DNA from: Promethearchaeota archaeon
GTDB lineage: Archaea; Asgardarchaeota; Lokiarchaeia; Sigyniarchaeales; SOKP01
Reading direction: 5' to 3'
Assembly (NCBI GenBank): GCA_048941265.1
Contig: JBHLNT010000077.1
Location: forward strand, 1 to 17,565
Length of the DNA: 17,565 bases
The notes beneath the pieces are model-generated. The model was not told the DNA's origin. It ran no database searches and saw only the letters and a list, made by a program, of their open reading frames with translations. Both the position numbers and the translations under genes were made by a program. Shown here in pieces: positions 1 to 8,609 of this stretch. The stretch's first letter is position 1; each line of letters starts with the position of its first letter.

Positions 1-77
1 ATTGCCTGCCATATTCTTTCAGAAGTTCCTAGTGAACCAGTGTGAGATAAAACCGCAGATTGACCTCTCTGAGTTTT
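1..77. repeat. 77-bp exact direct repeat, copy 1 (copy 2 at 1546..1622)
   Basis: attgcctgcc...ctctctgagtttt is identical base for base to 1546..1622. The first mismatch is at 78 (a vs t). Confidence 0.95.
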
Positions 78-869
78 ACCTCCTCTCAAAATTAAAACAG
101 GTTTTCTTATTTTCTTCAATAGATTAAATAATTTTCTCCCTTCCTTTTTTTCATAACGAGAAAAGCCCTCAAAATATATAAAAATAACATCTGTTTCATT
201 ATCTTTATTTAAATATTCCAAAAAATCAGAGACTTGTAAACTTACGCAATTACCGATACTTGCACACTTAGAATACCTCAAGTTATAAATAAGTGCACCA
301 TGTCCTACAGTTCTAGAGAGCATATCTCCAGAATGTGAAATCATAGCTATGTTTCCGCTTTTTTGTGGAAAAAAAGGCATATAAGCGTTTTTTCCACTTG
401 GACAATATATCCCAAAGCAATTTGGTCCTATTGCTTTAGTTTCAATTTCAGAATTTTCGAAAATCTCTCTAATTTGATTTTCAATAATTAATCCTTCCTC
501 ATCAGATTCACCCATTCCTGCTGTGAAGAAATGAATAAAATTCACTTTTTTCTTGGCCAAAATTTCTTTTAAGGATTCGACAACTAATTCTCTTTTAACA
601 GATAAGATTAACAGATCAATCGTATCGATAGGAAGAGTATCAAAAGAGTTGTAACATTTTAATCCAGAAACTTGTTCTTTAGATGGGGAGATTAAATATA
701 AATTCTCTAAGTTAAAGCCTTGTGACTTTAATCCTTCTATAAAATAACCAACTTTTTGTTTTGCCTCAAAAATAACCACATTTCGAGGTTTAAATAATAA
801 ATCTAACGACTTGATATCGTCATCACCATTAGATGCTTTCATTCTGAGCTCATTCTTTATCCTTGACAT
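1..869 (-). CDS. CoA-binding / NDP-forming acyl-CoA synthetase alpha-subunit-like protein, 3'-truncated by the window edge (paralog of 891..2387)
   Basis: Not in the ORF track. Manual translation from ATG at 869 is open to position 1: MSRIKNELRMKASNGDDDIKSLDYLFKPRNVVIFEAK...IDLLILSV...HFFTAGMGESD...AIGPNCFGIYCP...SHSGD...SIGNC...YFEG...RGGKTQRGQSAVLSHTGSLGTSERIWQA. It is collinear with the upstream paralog. An alternative start is the ATG 9 codons downstream. Confidence 0.88.
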   Translation of the reverse strand, partial: MSRIKNELRMKASNGDDDIKSLDLLFKPRNVVIFEAKQKVGYFIEGLKSQGFNLENLYLISPSKEQVSGLKCYNSFDTLPIDTIDLLILSVKRELVVESLKEILAKKKVNFIHFFTAGMGESDEEGLIIENQIREIFENSEIETKAIGPNCFGIYCPSGKNAYMPFFPQKSGNIAMISHSGDMLSRTVGHGALIYNLRYSKCASIGNCVSLQVSDFLEYLNKDNETDVIFIYFEGFSRYEKKEGRKLFNLLKKIRKPVLILRGGKTQRGQSAVLSHTGSLGTSERIWQA

Positions 870-890
870 TATTTTTTATCTAATTAATAA

Positions 891-2387
891 TTATGGTTCA
901 ATATTCTTTAATTTTCTTCTTAAATGGTTTCCATGTTTGTAAAAAGCCAAAAAAGCTTTAGCTGCTCTTTGAATATCAGGATATACTAAAAAATCATCCT
1001 TAAGAAGTCTTTTATAATATCGCTTTCTAATTATGAGGGGAGAATCAGGTAATATGAGGATAAACACTTTATTTACAGACTCTACATATTCTTTTATTAT
1101 TTTTAAATTATTATACATAATTTCAAAAGTCTTTTTATCACGACGTCGCGCATCCGTATACATCACAACAAGTTGAATATCTTCTGAAATTGCTGCTTTA
1201 CATAGATTAAGATATTCTTGATGCCTTCTTGATGAAATCCAAGGCAAATCAAGTGGATTTGAAAGCGACCCTACCTTTAATGGGTAAATTTTCAATAGTT
1301 TCTCTACTGTCTTTTCGTTAAATAAAGGTAAATTCAACCCAAACTCTGTCAATGTATCCGTATCAAGGATCCCGAGACCACCTGACCAAATGATTACTAA
1401 AATATTTTTTCCGTTGGGATAAAGGTTTAATTGATCTTTTAAAGATAACCTTTGATTATTTTTGTAAAATTTATTAAATATAAATAGAAAATCTATTAAT
1501 TCATTAATAGAGCTTCCGAGCTCGATTAATGGAGTTTGATTATATATTGCCTGCCATATTCTTTCAGAAGTTCCTAGTGAACCAGTGTGAGATAAAACCG
1601 CAGATTGACCTCTCTGAGTTTTTCCTCCTCTTAGAAATAATACAGGTTTTCTCATGTTTTTTAACAGATTAAAAAGTTTTCTTCCCTCATTTTTTCCGTA
1701 TCGAGAAAATCCTTCAAAATATATCGCTATTATCTCGGTTTCTTCGTCTTGATTAAAAAATTCTAAAAAATCAGAAACCTGTAAATTTACACAATTTCCA
1801 ATACTGGCCCCCTTCGAAAAGTTAAGATTGTATCTCATGGAGCCATATCTTATCGTTCTTGAACATAAATCACCGGAATGAAAAATTAATCCTATGATTC
1901 CCTTTTCAATAGGAAAATCTGGAAGATATGAACTATGTTTAGGACAATATACTCCCATACAATTGGGACCGATTGCTCGTGTGTTAGGATGCTCATGATC
2001 TAAAATATCTCTTATTTCGTCCTCAATTTTCACTCCAACCTCATCAGCCTCGCCAGTTCTGGCTGTAAAAAAGTGAATAAACTTTACTTTTTTAACTGCT
2101 AAAATCTCTTTTAAAGATTGAATTAGTCGATCTCTTCCAACAGCTAAAATTAATAGGTCAATTGTATTTATTGGTATGTCGACAAAAGATTTATAACACT
2201 TTATACCTAAAACTTCATCCTCCGATGGAGAAACTAAATATAAGTTAGCTAGATTAAAACCTTGCGTTTTAAATCCCTCTATGAAAAAAGAGAAATTCTC
2301 TTTTGCTTCAAAAATAGCAACAGTTCGGGGCTTAAACAGGCCATCTATAGATTTAATATCGTTATTATCGTTCATGAATATTCGCAT
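891..2387 (-). CDS. CoA-binding / NDP-forming acyl-CoA synthetase (acetate-CoA ligase) alpha-subunit-like protein
   Basis: Motifs LFKPRTVAI, IDLLILAV, IGPNCMG, SIGN, YFEG, SHTGSL (phospho-His loop), SGGLG and NPLD are typical of the ACD-alpha/succinyl-CoA synthetase-like superfamily. The real start may be Met5 (ATG at 2375). No ATP-grasp beta subunit is present in the window. Confidence 0.85.
   Translation of the reverse strand: MRIFMNDNNDIKSIDGLFKPRTVAIFEAKENFSFFIEGFKTQGFNLANLYLVSPSEDEVLGIKCYKSFVDIPINTIDLLILAVGRDRLIQSLKEILAVKKVKFIHFFTARTGEADEVGVKIEDEIRDILDHEHPNTRAIGPNCMGVYCPKHSSYLPDFPIEKGIIGLIFHSGDLCSRTIRYGSMRYNLNFSKGASIGNCVNLQVSDFLEFFNQDEETEIIAIYFEGFSRYGKNEGRKLFNLLKNMRKPVLFLRGGKTQRGQSAVLSHTGSLGTSERIWQAIYNQTPLIELGSSINELIDFLFIFNKFYKNNQRLSLKDQLNLYPNGKNILVIIWSGGLGILDTDTLTEFGLNLPLFNEKTVEKLLKIYPLKVGSLSNPLDLPWISSRRHQEYLNLCKAAISEDIQLVVMYTDARRRDKKTFEIMYNNLKIIKEYVESVNKVFILILPDSPLIIRKRYYKRLLKDDFLVYPDIQRAAKAFLAFYKHGNHLRRKLKNIEP
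1546..1622. repeat. 77-bp exact direct repeat, copy 2
   Basis: Identical to 1..77. It encodes KTQRGQSAVLSHTGSLGTSERIWQA on the minus strand. Confidence 0.95.
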
Positions 2388-2970
2388 TAGTTTCTAATTC
2401 TTTTAAACAATTATAACAGTATTGAGGAAGAGAGTTAAATTCGGTTCCGCAATGGGGACATCTAAATTTAATTTCTTCTACCAACTTTTTAAAATCTTCA
2501 AATTGAGCTTTCCTTTTATGCCTTACAGTTTTATTTAATAGAAAAGATACACCAATCGAAAATAAAAGTATAAATAAACCGAGAATTAAAGTTTGGATTA
2601 GCATCTGAAAAAAATATGAATTAAAATATTTCGGCGAATATCTAGATAAAAATAGATAAAAAAAGAAATTTGGAAAGAAAAAGGTATAAAGATTTGTGGA
2701 AGACGCTGCTTTATAATCCTTAAAATTACATATTGGAATCAAAGATACAACAATCCAAGACATATATATAAAAAAAAAGCCAAAAGAATCGTCCATATTA
2801 TACATAATATAATTTGCGAGAAATTGGATAATTCTCTTGCGCTCTATTGATATTTCCCCGTCAAAATTTATCTTAAATTTATAATTAAAAATATATATGA
2901 GTAAACTTAGAATTAGAATTTGAATTAGAAAATTTATTATTTTAAATTTAAGGATACTAAGTCTATCCAT
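2365..2970 (-). CDS. Hypothetical membrane protein (about 4 TM segments) with a C-terminal zinc ribbon
   Basis: Hydrophobic stretches (IINFLIQILILSLLIYIF; FGFFFIYMSWIVVSLIPI; LYTFFFPNFFFYLFL; MLIQTLILGLFILLFSIGVSFLL), then a basic linker and CPHC-x12-CYNC. Its 3' end overlaps the start of the CoA-ligase-like gene. Confidence 0.75.
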   Translation of the reverse strand: MDRLSILKFKIINFLIQILILSLLIYIFNYKFKINFDGEISIERKRIIQFLANYIMYNMDDSFGFFFIYMSWIVVSLIPICNFKDYKAASSTNLYTFFFPNFFFYLFLSRYSPKYFNSYFFQMLIQTLILGLFILLFSIGVSFLLNKTVRHKRKAQFEDFKKLVEEIKFRCPHCGTEFNSLPQYCYNCLKELETNANIHER

Positions 2971-3278
2971 AATAATTGTATAAATTATAACATCAAATTA
3001 AATTCTTTTAAATATGTTATATAGCTTTTAAAATTCTAAACTATATAATCAAAGAAAGAACAGTATCTTTCCTTTTTTTATTATAAGTTCACCATCGAGT
3101 TTGATTGTTGGATGCCATAATATTCATTAATACTTATACATATAAAAAATAAAAAAAATGATAAATATTAGCTCTAAAACCAAAAAATTTTTATTTTTTA
3201 TTTGATTAAACATCTCATAGTGCAAGAGTTGTCAACTTATTTTTTTAAATTAATCGAATTTCAAATAGAAATTAGAGG

Positions 3279-6254
3279 ATGTTATCTCCTATGAGTTATA
3301 CATTTTCAAGAACTAAGATGATTGAGAAAATCAAGTTCGGATTATTAAGTCCGGATGAGATTAGAAAAATGTCAGCTGCAAGAATTATTACAGCGGACAC
3401 TTATGATGAAGATGGCTTACCAATACCTTCAGGACTTATGGATCAGCGATTAGGTACAATAGAGCCAGGTCAAAGATGTCAAACCTGTGGAAATCTTGTA
3501 AGCAATTGTATGGGACATTTCGGGCACATAGAATTGGCGAGACCAGTAATTCATGTAGGATATGCAAAAAAAGTTTTAAAAGTATTACGTTCCATCTGTC
3601 CAGAATGTTCAAAATTAATGCTTACAGATGAGGAAAAAGAACAAATTAGAGAAGAACAAGCAAAACAACTTGTAATTTCATTTGAGGGGGAGGAAGATTT
3701 TACGAAGGTTGTATTTAAAAAAGCAAGAAAAGCAAAACAATGTCCTTATTGTGGAGCTATTAAAAAGAAAATTATTATTGAAAAACCAACAACCTTTTAT
3801 GAAGAAGAAGAAAATAAAGGATCACGTAGGTTAACTCCTATAGAAATTTTAGAGCGTCTTAAAAAAATACAAGATCCTGACTTAAGAATTTTAGGTATTT
3901 CTCCTGCAAATGCTCGACTTGAATGGGTTATTTTTACAGTATTACCCATACCTCCTGTATGTGCAAGGCCTTCTATTACTTTAGACAGTGGAATTCGATC
4001 TGAAGATGATTTAACCCATAAATTAGTAGATGTTATTAGAATTAATCAGCGTCTAAGAGAAAATATTGATGCTGGAGCGCCTCATTTGATCGTTGAAGAT
4101 TTATGGGAATTATTGCAATATCATATTACTACTTATTTTGATAACCAAGTTTCAGGGATCCCTCCCGCTAGACATCGTTCTGGGAGAGCTTTAAGAACAT
4201 TAACTCAAAGACTTAAAGGTAAAGAGGGAAGATTTAGAAGTAATTTGAGTGGAAAACGAGTAGATTTTTCAGCCAGAAGTGTAATTTCACCAAATCCATA
4301 TATAAGTGTTAATGAAGTAGGAGTTCCAAAAGATGTTGCAAAAATTCTAACAATTCCGACAAATGTAAATGATTGGAATATTGAAGAAATGAAACAATTG
4401 GTTCTAAATGGACCTATAAAACATCCTGGAGCAAATTATATAATTAGAAATGATCGAAGGAGAATTGATCTTCGCTATGTAAAAAACAGAAAAATTATTG
4501 CTGATATGTTAGCTCCTGGATTTACAGTTGAACGACATCTTAATAATGGAGATTTAGTCTTATTTAATCGCCAACCATCTCTTCATAGAATGTCAATTAT
4601 GGCACATGAAGTAAAAATAATGGATGGAAAAACTTTTAGATTAAATTTAACAGTATGTCCACCTTATAATGCTGATTTTGACGGTGATGAGATGAATTTA
4701 CATGTACCCCAAAGTGAAGAAGCTCGTACGGAAGCTGAATTATTACTTAAAGTTCAAGAACATATTCTATCACCTAGATTTGGAGGCCCTATTTTAGGTG
4801 GAATTCAAGATTTTATTTCATCCGTATTTCAATTTACAAGTAAAGATTCATTATATCATAAAAAAGATACCCTTAAATTATTATACATGGGAGGAGTTTT
4901 TGATACCAATCCCGATTTTAGGCTAGATCATTTAAAACCAATTGTCACTGATCCAGAGCCTATGTATTCTGGGAAACAAATATTCAGTACATTATTTCCA
5001 GATGATTTAAACATCAGAGTAAGATCTAAATTTTGCAAGAAATGCTTTACAAAAGAAGGTGGAGAATGCAAGGAGCAAGATTGCAAGTATGATGCATACG
5101 TAATGATTAAAAATGGTGAATTGATTACAGGTACAATTGATGAAAACTCATTTGGAGCTATGCAATCTAATAGCATCCTAGCACGAATTATTAAAGACCA
5201 TGGAAATGCACGAGGTAGAGAATTTTTAGATAATGCAACAAAAATGCTCCTATATGTTATTCGCCAAAATGGAATGACAATGGGGCTAGATGAAGTTTAT
5301 GTAAAAGGATTGGCCTATGATGCGATTCAACAAATATTAGAAGAAGCTAACAATGAAGCTGATAGACTCATTAAAGCGTTTGATGAGAATGATACTGAAA
5401 TCTTAAAAAGAGCACCAGGGCGTTCCATGAGGGAGACATTAGAGTTAAGAATAAGACAAGTGTTAGCAGAAGCTCGTAAAAAAGCTGAGGAAACTGCGGC
5501 ACACTATATTGGAGATGAAGCTCATTCTGTGATTATGACAAAATCAGGTGCTCGAGGGAATATTTTAAATTTAGGACAAATGTCTGCAGTTGTAGGACAA
5601 CAAGCCATTCGAGGTGAAAGAATTAATCGGGGATATAGTCAACGAACTCTTCCCCATTTTAAGATAAATGATCTTACTCCTAGATCACGAGGTTTTGTTA
5701 CATCTTCTTATAGAAATGGGCTTCGTCCTGAAGAATTCTTTTTTCATGCGATGGGAGGTCGTGAAGGTCTTGTTGATACTGCTGTAAGAACTTCTACAAG
5801 TGGATACATGCAAAGGAGGTTAGTTAATGCCTTACAGGATATGGTAATTGAAAACGATGGCACCGTTCGCAATTCTGATAAAAATATAATACAGTTTAGT
5901 TTTGGTGATGATGGAATTGATCCAATGCATACTGATCATGGAAATGCAGTCAATTTAGATGTTTTATTACTAAAAGCAAAAGCTCTTGATGTTCAAAAAA
6001 TTCAGGATGAAATCAAAACTGGATCTAAACCAAAAAAAGCAGAACCTAAGAAAGCACCAATAAAAAAGGAACCTGTGGAAAAAGCTCCTTCAAAAAAACC
6101 CAAAGTAGAAGAAAAAGAAACTAAAGCAACTGTAACTGAGTCAGATGAAGAAACTCTTCAAGCACAATATGAAAATGAAACTGGAAAAAATGCCATATGG
6201 CGTGGAAAAGTAACTAAGGGTTATTTAGAATGGAAAACAGAAAAATTGGGATAA
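3279..6254 (+). CDS. rpoA1: DNA-directed RNA polymerase subunit A' (Rpo1N) with a C-terminal extension
   Basis: Catalytic NADFDGDEMN, clamp Zn motif CQTC...CMGHFGH, GKRVDFSAR, FNRQPSLH and bridge helix GREGLVDTAVRTSTSGYMQRRL. The start could be ATG 3291 instead, since GAGG at 3275-3278 directly abuts ATG 3279. Confidence 0.98.
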   Translation: MLSPMSYTFSRTKMIEKIKFGLLSPDEIRKMSAARIITADTYDEDGLPIPSGLMDQRLGTIEPGQRCQTCGNLVSNCMGHFGHIELARPVIHVGYAKKVLKVLRSICPECSKLMLTDEEKEQIREEQAKQLVISFEGEEDFTKVVFKKARKAKQCPYCGAIKKKIIIEKPTTFYEEEENKGSRRLTPIEILERLKKIQDPDLRILGISPANARLEWVIFTVLPIPPVCARPSITLDSGIRSEDDLTHKLVDVIRINQRLRENIDAGAPHLIVEDLWELLQYHITTYFDNQVSGIPPARHRSGRALRTLTQRLKGKEGRFRSNLSGKRVDFSARSVISPNPYISVNEVGVPKDVAKILTIPTNVNDWNIEEMKQLVLNGPIKHPGANYIIRNDRRRIDLRYVKNRKIIADMLAPGFTVERHLNNGDLVLFNRQPSLHRMSIMAHEVKIMDGKTFRLNLTVCPPYNADFDGDEMNLHVPQSEEARTEAELLLKVQEHILSPRFGGPILGGIQDFISSVFQFTSKDSLYHKKDTLKLLYMGGVFDTNPDFRLDHLKPIVTDPEPMYSGKQIFSTLFPDDLNIRVRSKFCKKCFTKEGGECKEQDCKYDAYVMIKNGELITGTIDENSFGAMQSNSILARIIKDHGNARGREFLDNATKMLLYVIRQNGMTMGLDEVYVKGLAYDAIQQILEEANNEADRLIKAFDENDTEILKRAPGRSMRETLELRIRQVLAEARKKAEETAAHYIGDEAHSVIMTKSGARGNILNLGQMSAVVGQQAIRGERINRGYSQRTLPHFKINDLTPRSRGFVTSSYRNGLRPEEFFFHAMGGREGLVDTAVRTSTSGYMQRRLVNALQDMVIENDGTVRNSDKNIIQFSFGDDGIDPMHTDHGNAVNLDVLLLKAKALDVQKIQDEIKTGSKPKKAEPKKAPIKKEPVEKAPSKKPKVEEKETKATVTESDEETLQAQYENETGKNAIWRGKVTKGYLEWKTEKLG

Positions 6255-6279
6255 TAAAATAAAAAAAGATGAGTGAGAA

Positions 6280-7479
6280 ATGGTAAAAGTAACTCCAAAA
6301 ATATTAGAAGATCGCTTAAAACAATTACAAGATGATGGAATTCCAGAAGATTTAATTGAAAAAATAAGAGATAAAATAATTGATGTACAGTTCGAAGAAG
6401 AACAACTAGAATATTTTTTAAACAAAATATTTATAAATTACAATAATGCAAAAATGGAAGTTTCAGAAGCCTGTGGAGTTGTCGCTGCACAAAGCATTGG
6501 TGAACCTGGAACTCAAATGACCTTACGAACATTTCATTATGCAGGAGTAGAAGAATTCTCGGTAACGCAAGGACTTCCCCGTTTAATTGAAATTGTTGAT
6601 GCCAGAAGATTCCCCTCAACTCCTCAAATGGAAGTTTATTTAGAAAAAGAATTTGGCGAATCTGAAGAAACTGCTATTAAAGTTCATAATCGTATTGAAC
6701 AAATTAGAATCGAGAATATTACACATGATGTAGATTTAGATTATGTAGATTGGCATATAATAATAAACCTCATACCTGAAATCTGTGAAACAAAAGGAAT
6801 AGATATAGATGAAATTCCTGAAATTTTAAAAAGATATAAGAAAAAAGGAACAATTAAAAGAGAAGGTTCTTCTGTAATTATCGACCCTGGAATTGAAGAT
6901 TTGCAAAGTTTACAAAAAATAAGAGAAAAAATTCTGAAAAAAGTTGTAAAAGGTATAAGAGGTGTGAAAAGAGGTTTATTAATGCCCTTAGAAGAGGAAA
7001 AAAAAAAAGAATGGATCATTAAAACTGAGGGAACTAATCTACAAGGAGTAGTGCAAATTGAAGGAGTTGATGCGACAAGAACAGTTTCAAACCATATCCA
7101 TGAAGTTGAGAAATTATATGGTATAGAGGCTGCTCGAAGTATGATAATTAGAGAATCTCAAAAAGTTCTTGAACAACAAGGATTGGATGTTGATTTAAGA
7201 CATTTACTTATTTTATCAGATCTGATGTGTGTATCTGGGACAATTCAATCGATTGGTAGGCATGGAATTTCTGGTTCAAAATCCAGTGTATTTGCAAGAG
7301 CAGCTTTTGAAGTGACCGTAAACCAATTATTGGATGCGGGGCTATACGGAGAAGAAGAAAAATTGCTTGGAATCCCTGAAAACGTCATTATAGGACAAGT
7401 AACTCCCATTGGAACGGGTAGAGTTAGTGTGATGTTCGATTTAGATAAAAACCTTGAAATTATAAAAGGAAATAAGTAA
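6280..7479 (+). CDS. rpoA2: DNA-directed RNA polymerase subunit A'' (Rpo1C)
   Basis: Trigger loop [40 protein letters not shown] and ENVIIGQ..PIGTG. Confidence 0.98.
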   Translation: MVKVTPKILEDRLKQLQDDGIPEDLIEKIRDKIIDVQFEEEQLEYFLNKIFINYNNAKMEVSEACGVVAAQSIGEPGTQMTLRTFHYAGVEEFSVTQGLPRLIEIVDARRFPSTPQMEVYLEKEFGESEETAIKVHNRIEQIRIENITHDVDLDYVDWHIIINLIPEICETKGIDIDEIPEILKRYKKKGTIKREGSSVIIDPGIEDLQSLQKIREKILKKVVKGIRGVKRGLLMPLEEEKKKEWIIKTEGTNLQGVVQIEGVDATRTVSNHIHEVEKLYGIEAARSMIIRESQKVLEQQGLDVDLRHLLILSDLMCVSGTIQSIGRHGISGSKSSVFARAAFEVTVNQLLDAGLYGEEEKLLGIPENVIIGQVTPIGTGRVSVMFDLDKNLEIIKGNK

Positions 7480-7656
7480 TTCTGGAATTATTAAAAGGAA
7501 AAATTATATTTGATTTATACACTAAATTAGACGTGTTAAAAAAGAAGAAATTGTATAACATAGCAAAAAAATTAAAATGATAATGTATTTTTTTAATTAC
7601 TTACTAAATTAATGTATTATAAAAAACGGTAAAAGCAATTAAAAAGTTGGCTACTA

Positions 7657-8037
7657 ATGGCAAAAAAAAAGAAGAGCAAAAAGGACGATACCTCAGTTGA
7701 CTTATCGCGAAAAAAGAAAAAAGAATTTGATATTGATACTAATATAAAGGTAGCTTACAAGACAGGAAAAGTAGTTTATGGGAAAAATCAAGTTTTAAGA
7801 GGATTAAGGGAAAACCCTTTTAAGATGCTACTAATTGCTTATAATTGTCCTAAAGAGTTAGAAAGTCAACTTAAATATTATAATTCATTATTGAAGAATA
7901 AACTTTTTATATATAAATATAAGGGTTCAAGTTGGGATCTTGGACTAGCTTGTGCTAAGCCTTACATGATTTCTGCCATAGGTATTATTGATCAGGGAGA
8001 TTCTGATTTGTTATCTTTAAAAACCAAAAGAAATTAA
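7657..8037 (+). CDS. rpl30e: 50S ribosomal protein eL30 (L30e) with a basic N-terminal extension
   Basis: KTGKVVYG, IAYNCP and YKGSSWDLGLACAKPYMISAIGIIDQGDSDL. Canonical position after rpoA2. Confidence 0.95.
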   Translation: MAKKKKSKKDDTSVDLSRKKKKEFDIDTNIKVAYKTGKVVYGKNQVLRGLRENPFKMLLIAYNCPKELESQLKYYNSLLKNKLFIYKYKGSSWDLGLACAKPYMISAIGIIDQGDSDLLSLKTKRN

Positions 8038-8058
8038 CGTTAATCTGGAAATTAAGCA

Positions 8059-8532
8059 ATGCTAAAAAAAAATATTAAAATTGATAGGGGTTCAATGGAA
8101 CTTATTTCTCTCTTTAATAATATTTCTGGGGCGATTATTAAAGATTGTTTGATATTTAAATCTCCAGAAAATCATTCAGAGATAATAATTTTCTTAGTGA
8201 AAAAGGAAGATGTAGGAAAAGCAATAGGAAAAGCTGGAGAACATGTAAAGGATTTAATGGCAAAACTTCAAAAGAAGATAGATGTCATCCCATTCTCTGA
8301 AAATCTTAATGAATTTATTCAAGCAATTCTAAATACTACAAAAATTTCAATAAAAGTTCAAAATATTGAAATTAAGGAAAGTAGGAACCAAAAGAAAACT
8401 GTAATTATCTCTGTAAGACCGCAAGATCGTGGCAAGGCTATAGGTAAAGATGGGAGCATGATTCGAAAGATTAAATTATTAGTTCTTCGTCATTTTGATG
8501 TAGACAATGTAATTATCAATACTAAGAACTGA
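8059..8532 (+). CDS. nusA: Archaeal NusA (two KH domains)
   Basis: Two KH GxxG motifs (GKAIGKAG; GKAIGKDG). Canonical position between rpl30e and rps12. Confidence 0.95.
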   Translation: MLKKNIKIDRGSMELISLFNNISGAIIKDCLIFKSPENHSEIIIFLVKKEDVGKAIGKAGEHVKDLMAKLQKKIDVIPFSENLNEFIQAILNTTKISIKVQNIEIKESRNQKKTVIISVRPQDRGKAIGKDGSMIRKIKLLVLRHFDVDNVIINTKN

Positions 8533-8598
8533 TAAGACCATAAATTTTAAGTTAAAAGAAATATTTCTTTATTAATCATTATCAAAAATAAGATTTTT

Positions 8599-8602
8599 GG
8601 TG
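8599..8602 (+). promoter_or_regulatory. Shine-Dalgarno-like GGTG upstream of the proposed ATA start of rps12
   Basis: GGTG lies 7 nt before ATA(8610) and matches part of the archaeal SD consensus GGAGGTGA. Confidence 0.55.
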
Positions 8603-8609
8603 TATTAAA

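Noticed and set aside
1-1622. Diversity-generating retroelement (TR/VR pair) as an explanation of the 77-bp repeat
   Set aside because: The copies are identical rather than differing at adenines, both lie in homologous coding positions, and no reverse transcriptase is present in the window.
3051-3080. Imperfect hairpin followed by a T-run (terminator-like) upstream of rpoA1
   Set aside because: The stem is weak and A/T-rich, and there is no upstream plus-strand gene to terminate.
5030-5095. Cys-rich insert CKKC...CKEQDC in RpoA'
   Set aside because: A Cys-rich Zn-binding segment at this position is a normal feature of many archaeal Rpo1N proteins. It is not an intein or a novelty.
6998-7008. 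A11 run in rpoA2 (and A9 at 7662-7670 in rpl30e) as programmed slippage sites
   Set aside because: Both frames are intact and encode Lys/Glu runs expected in an AT-rich genome, and no alternative-frame product is evident.
4928-7019. Minus-strand ORFs 4928..5176, 6225..6425, 6431..6619 and 6741..7019
   Set aside because: They are antisense shadows of rpoA1/rpoA2, with composition typical of reverse-complemented coding sequence and no recognisable motifs.
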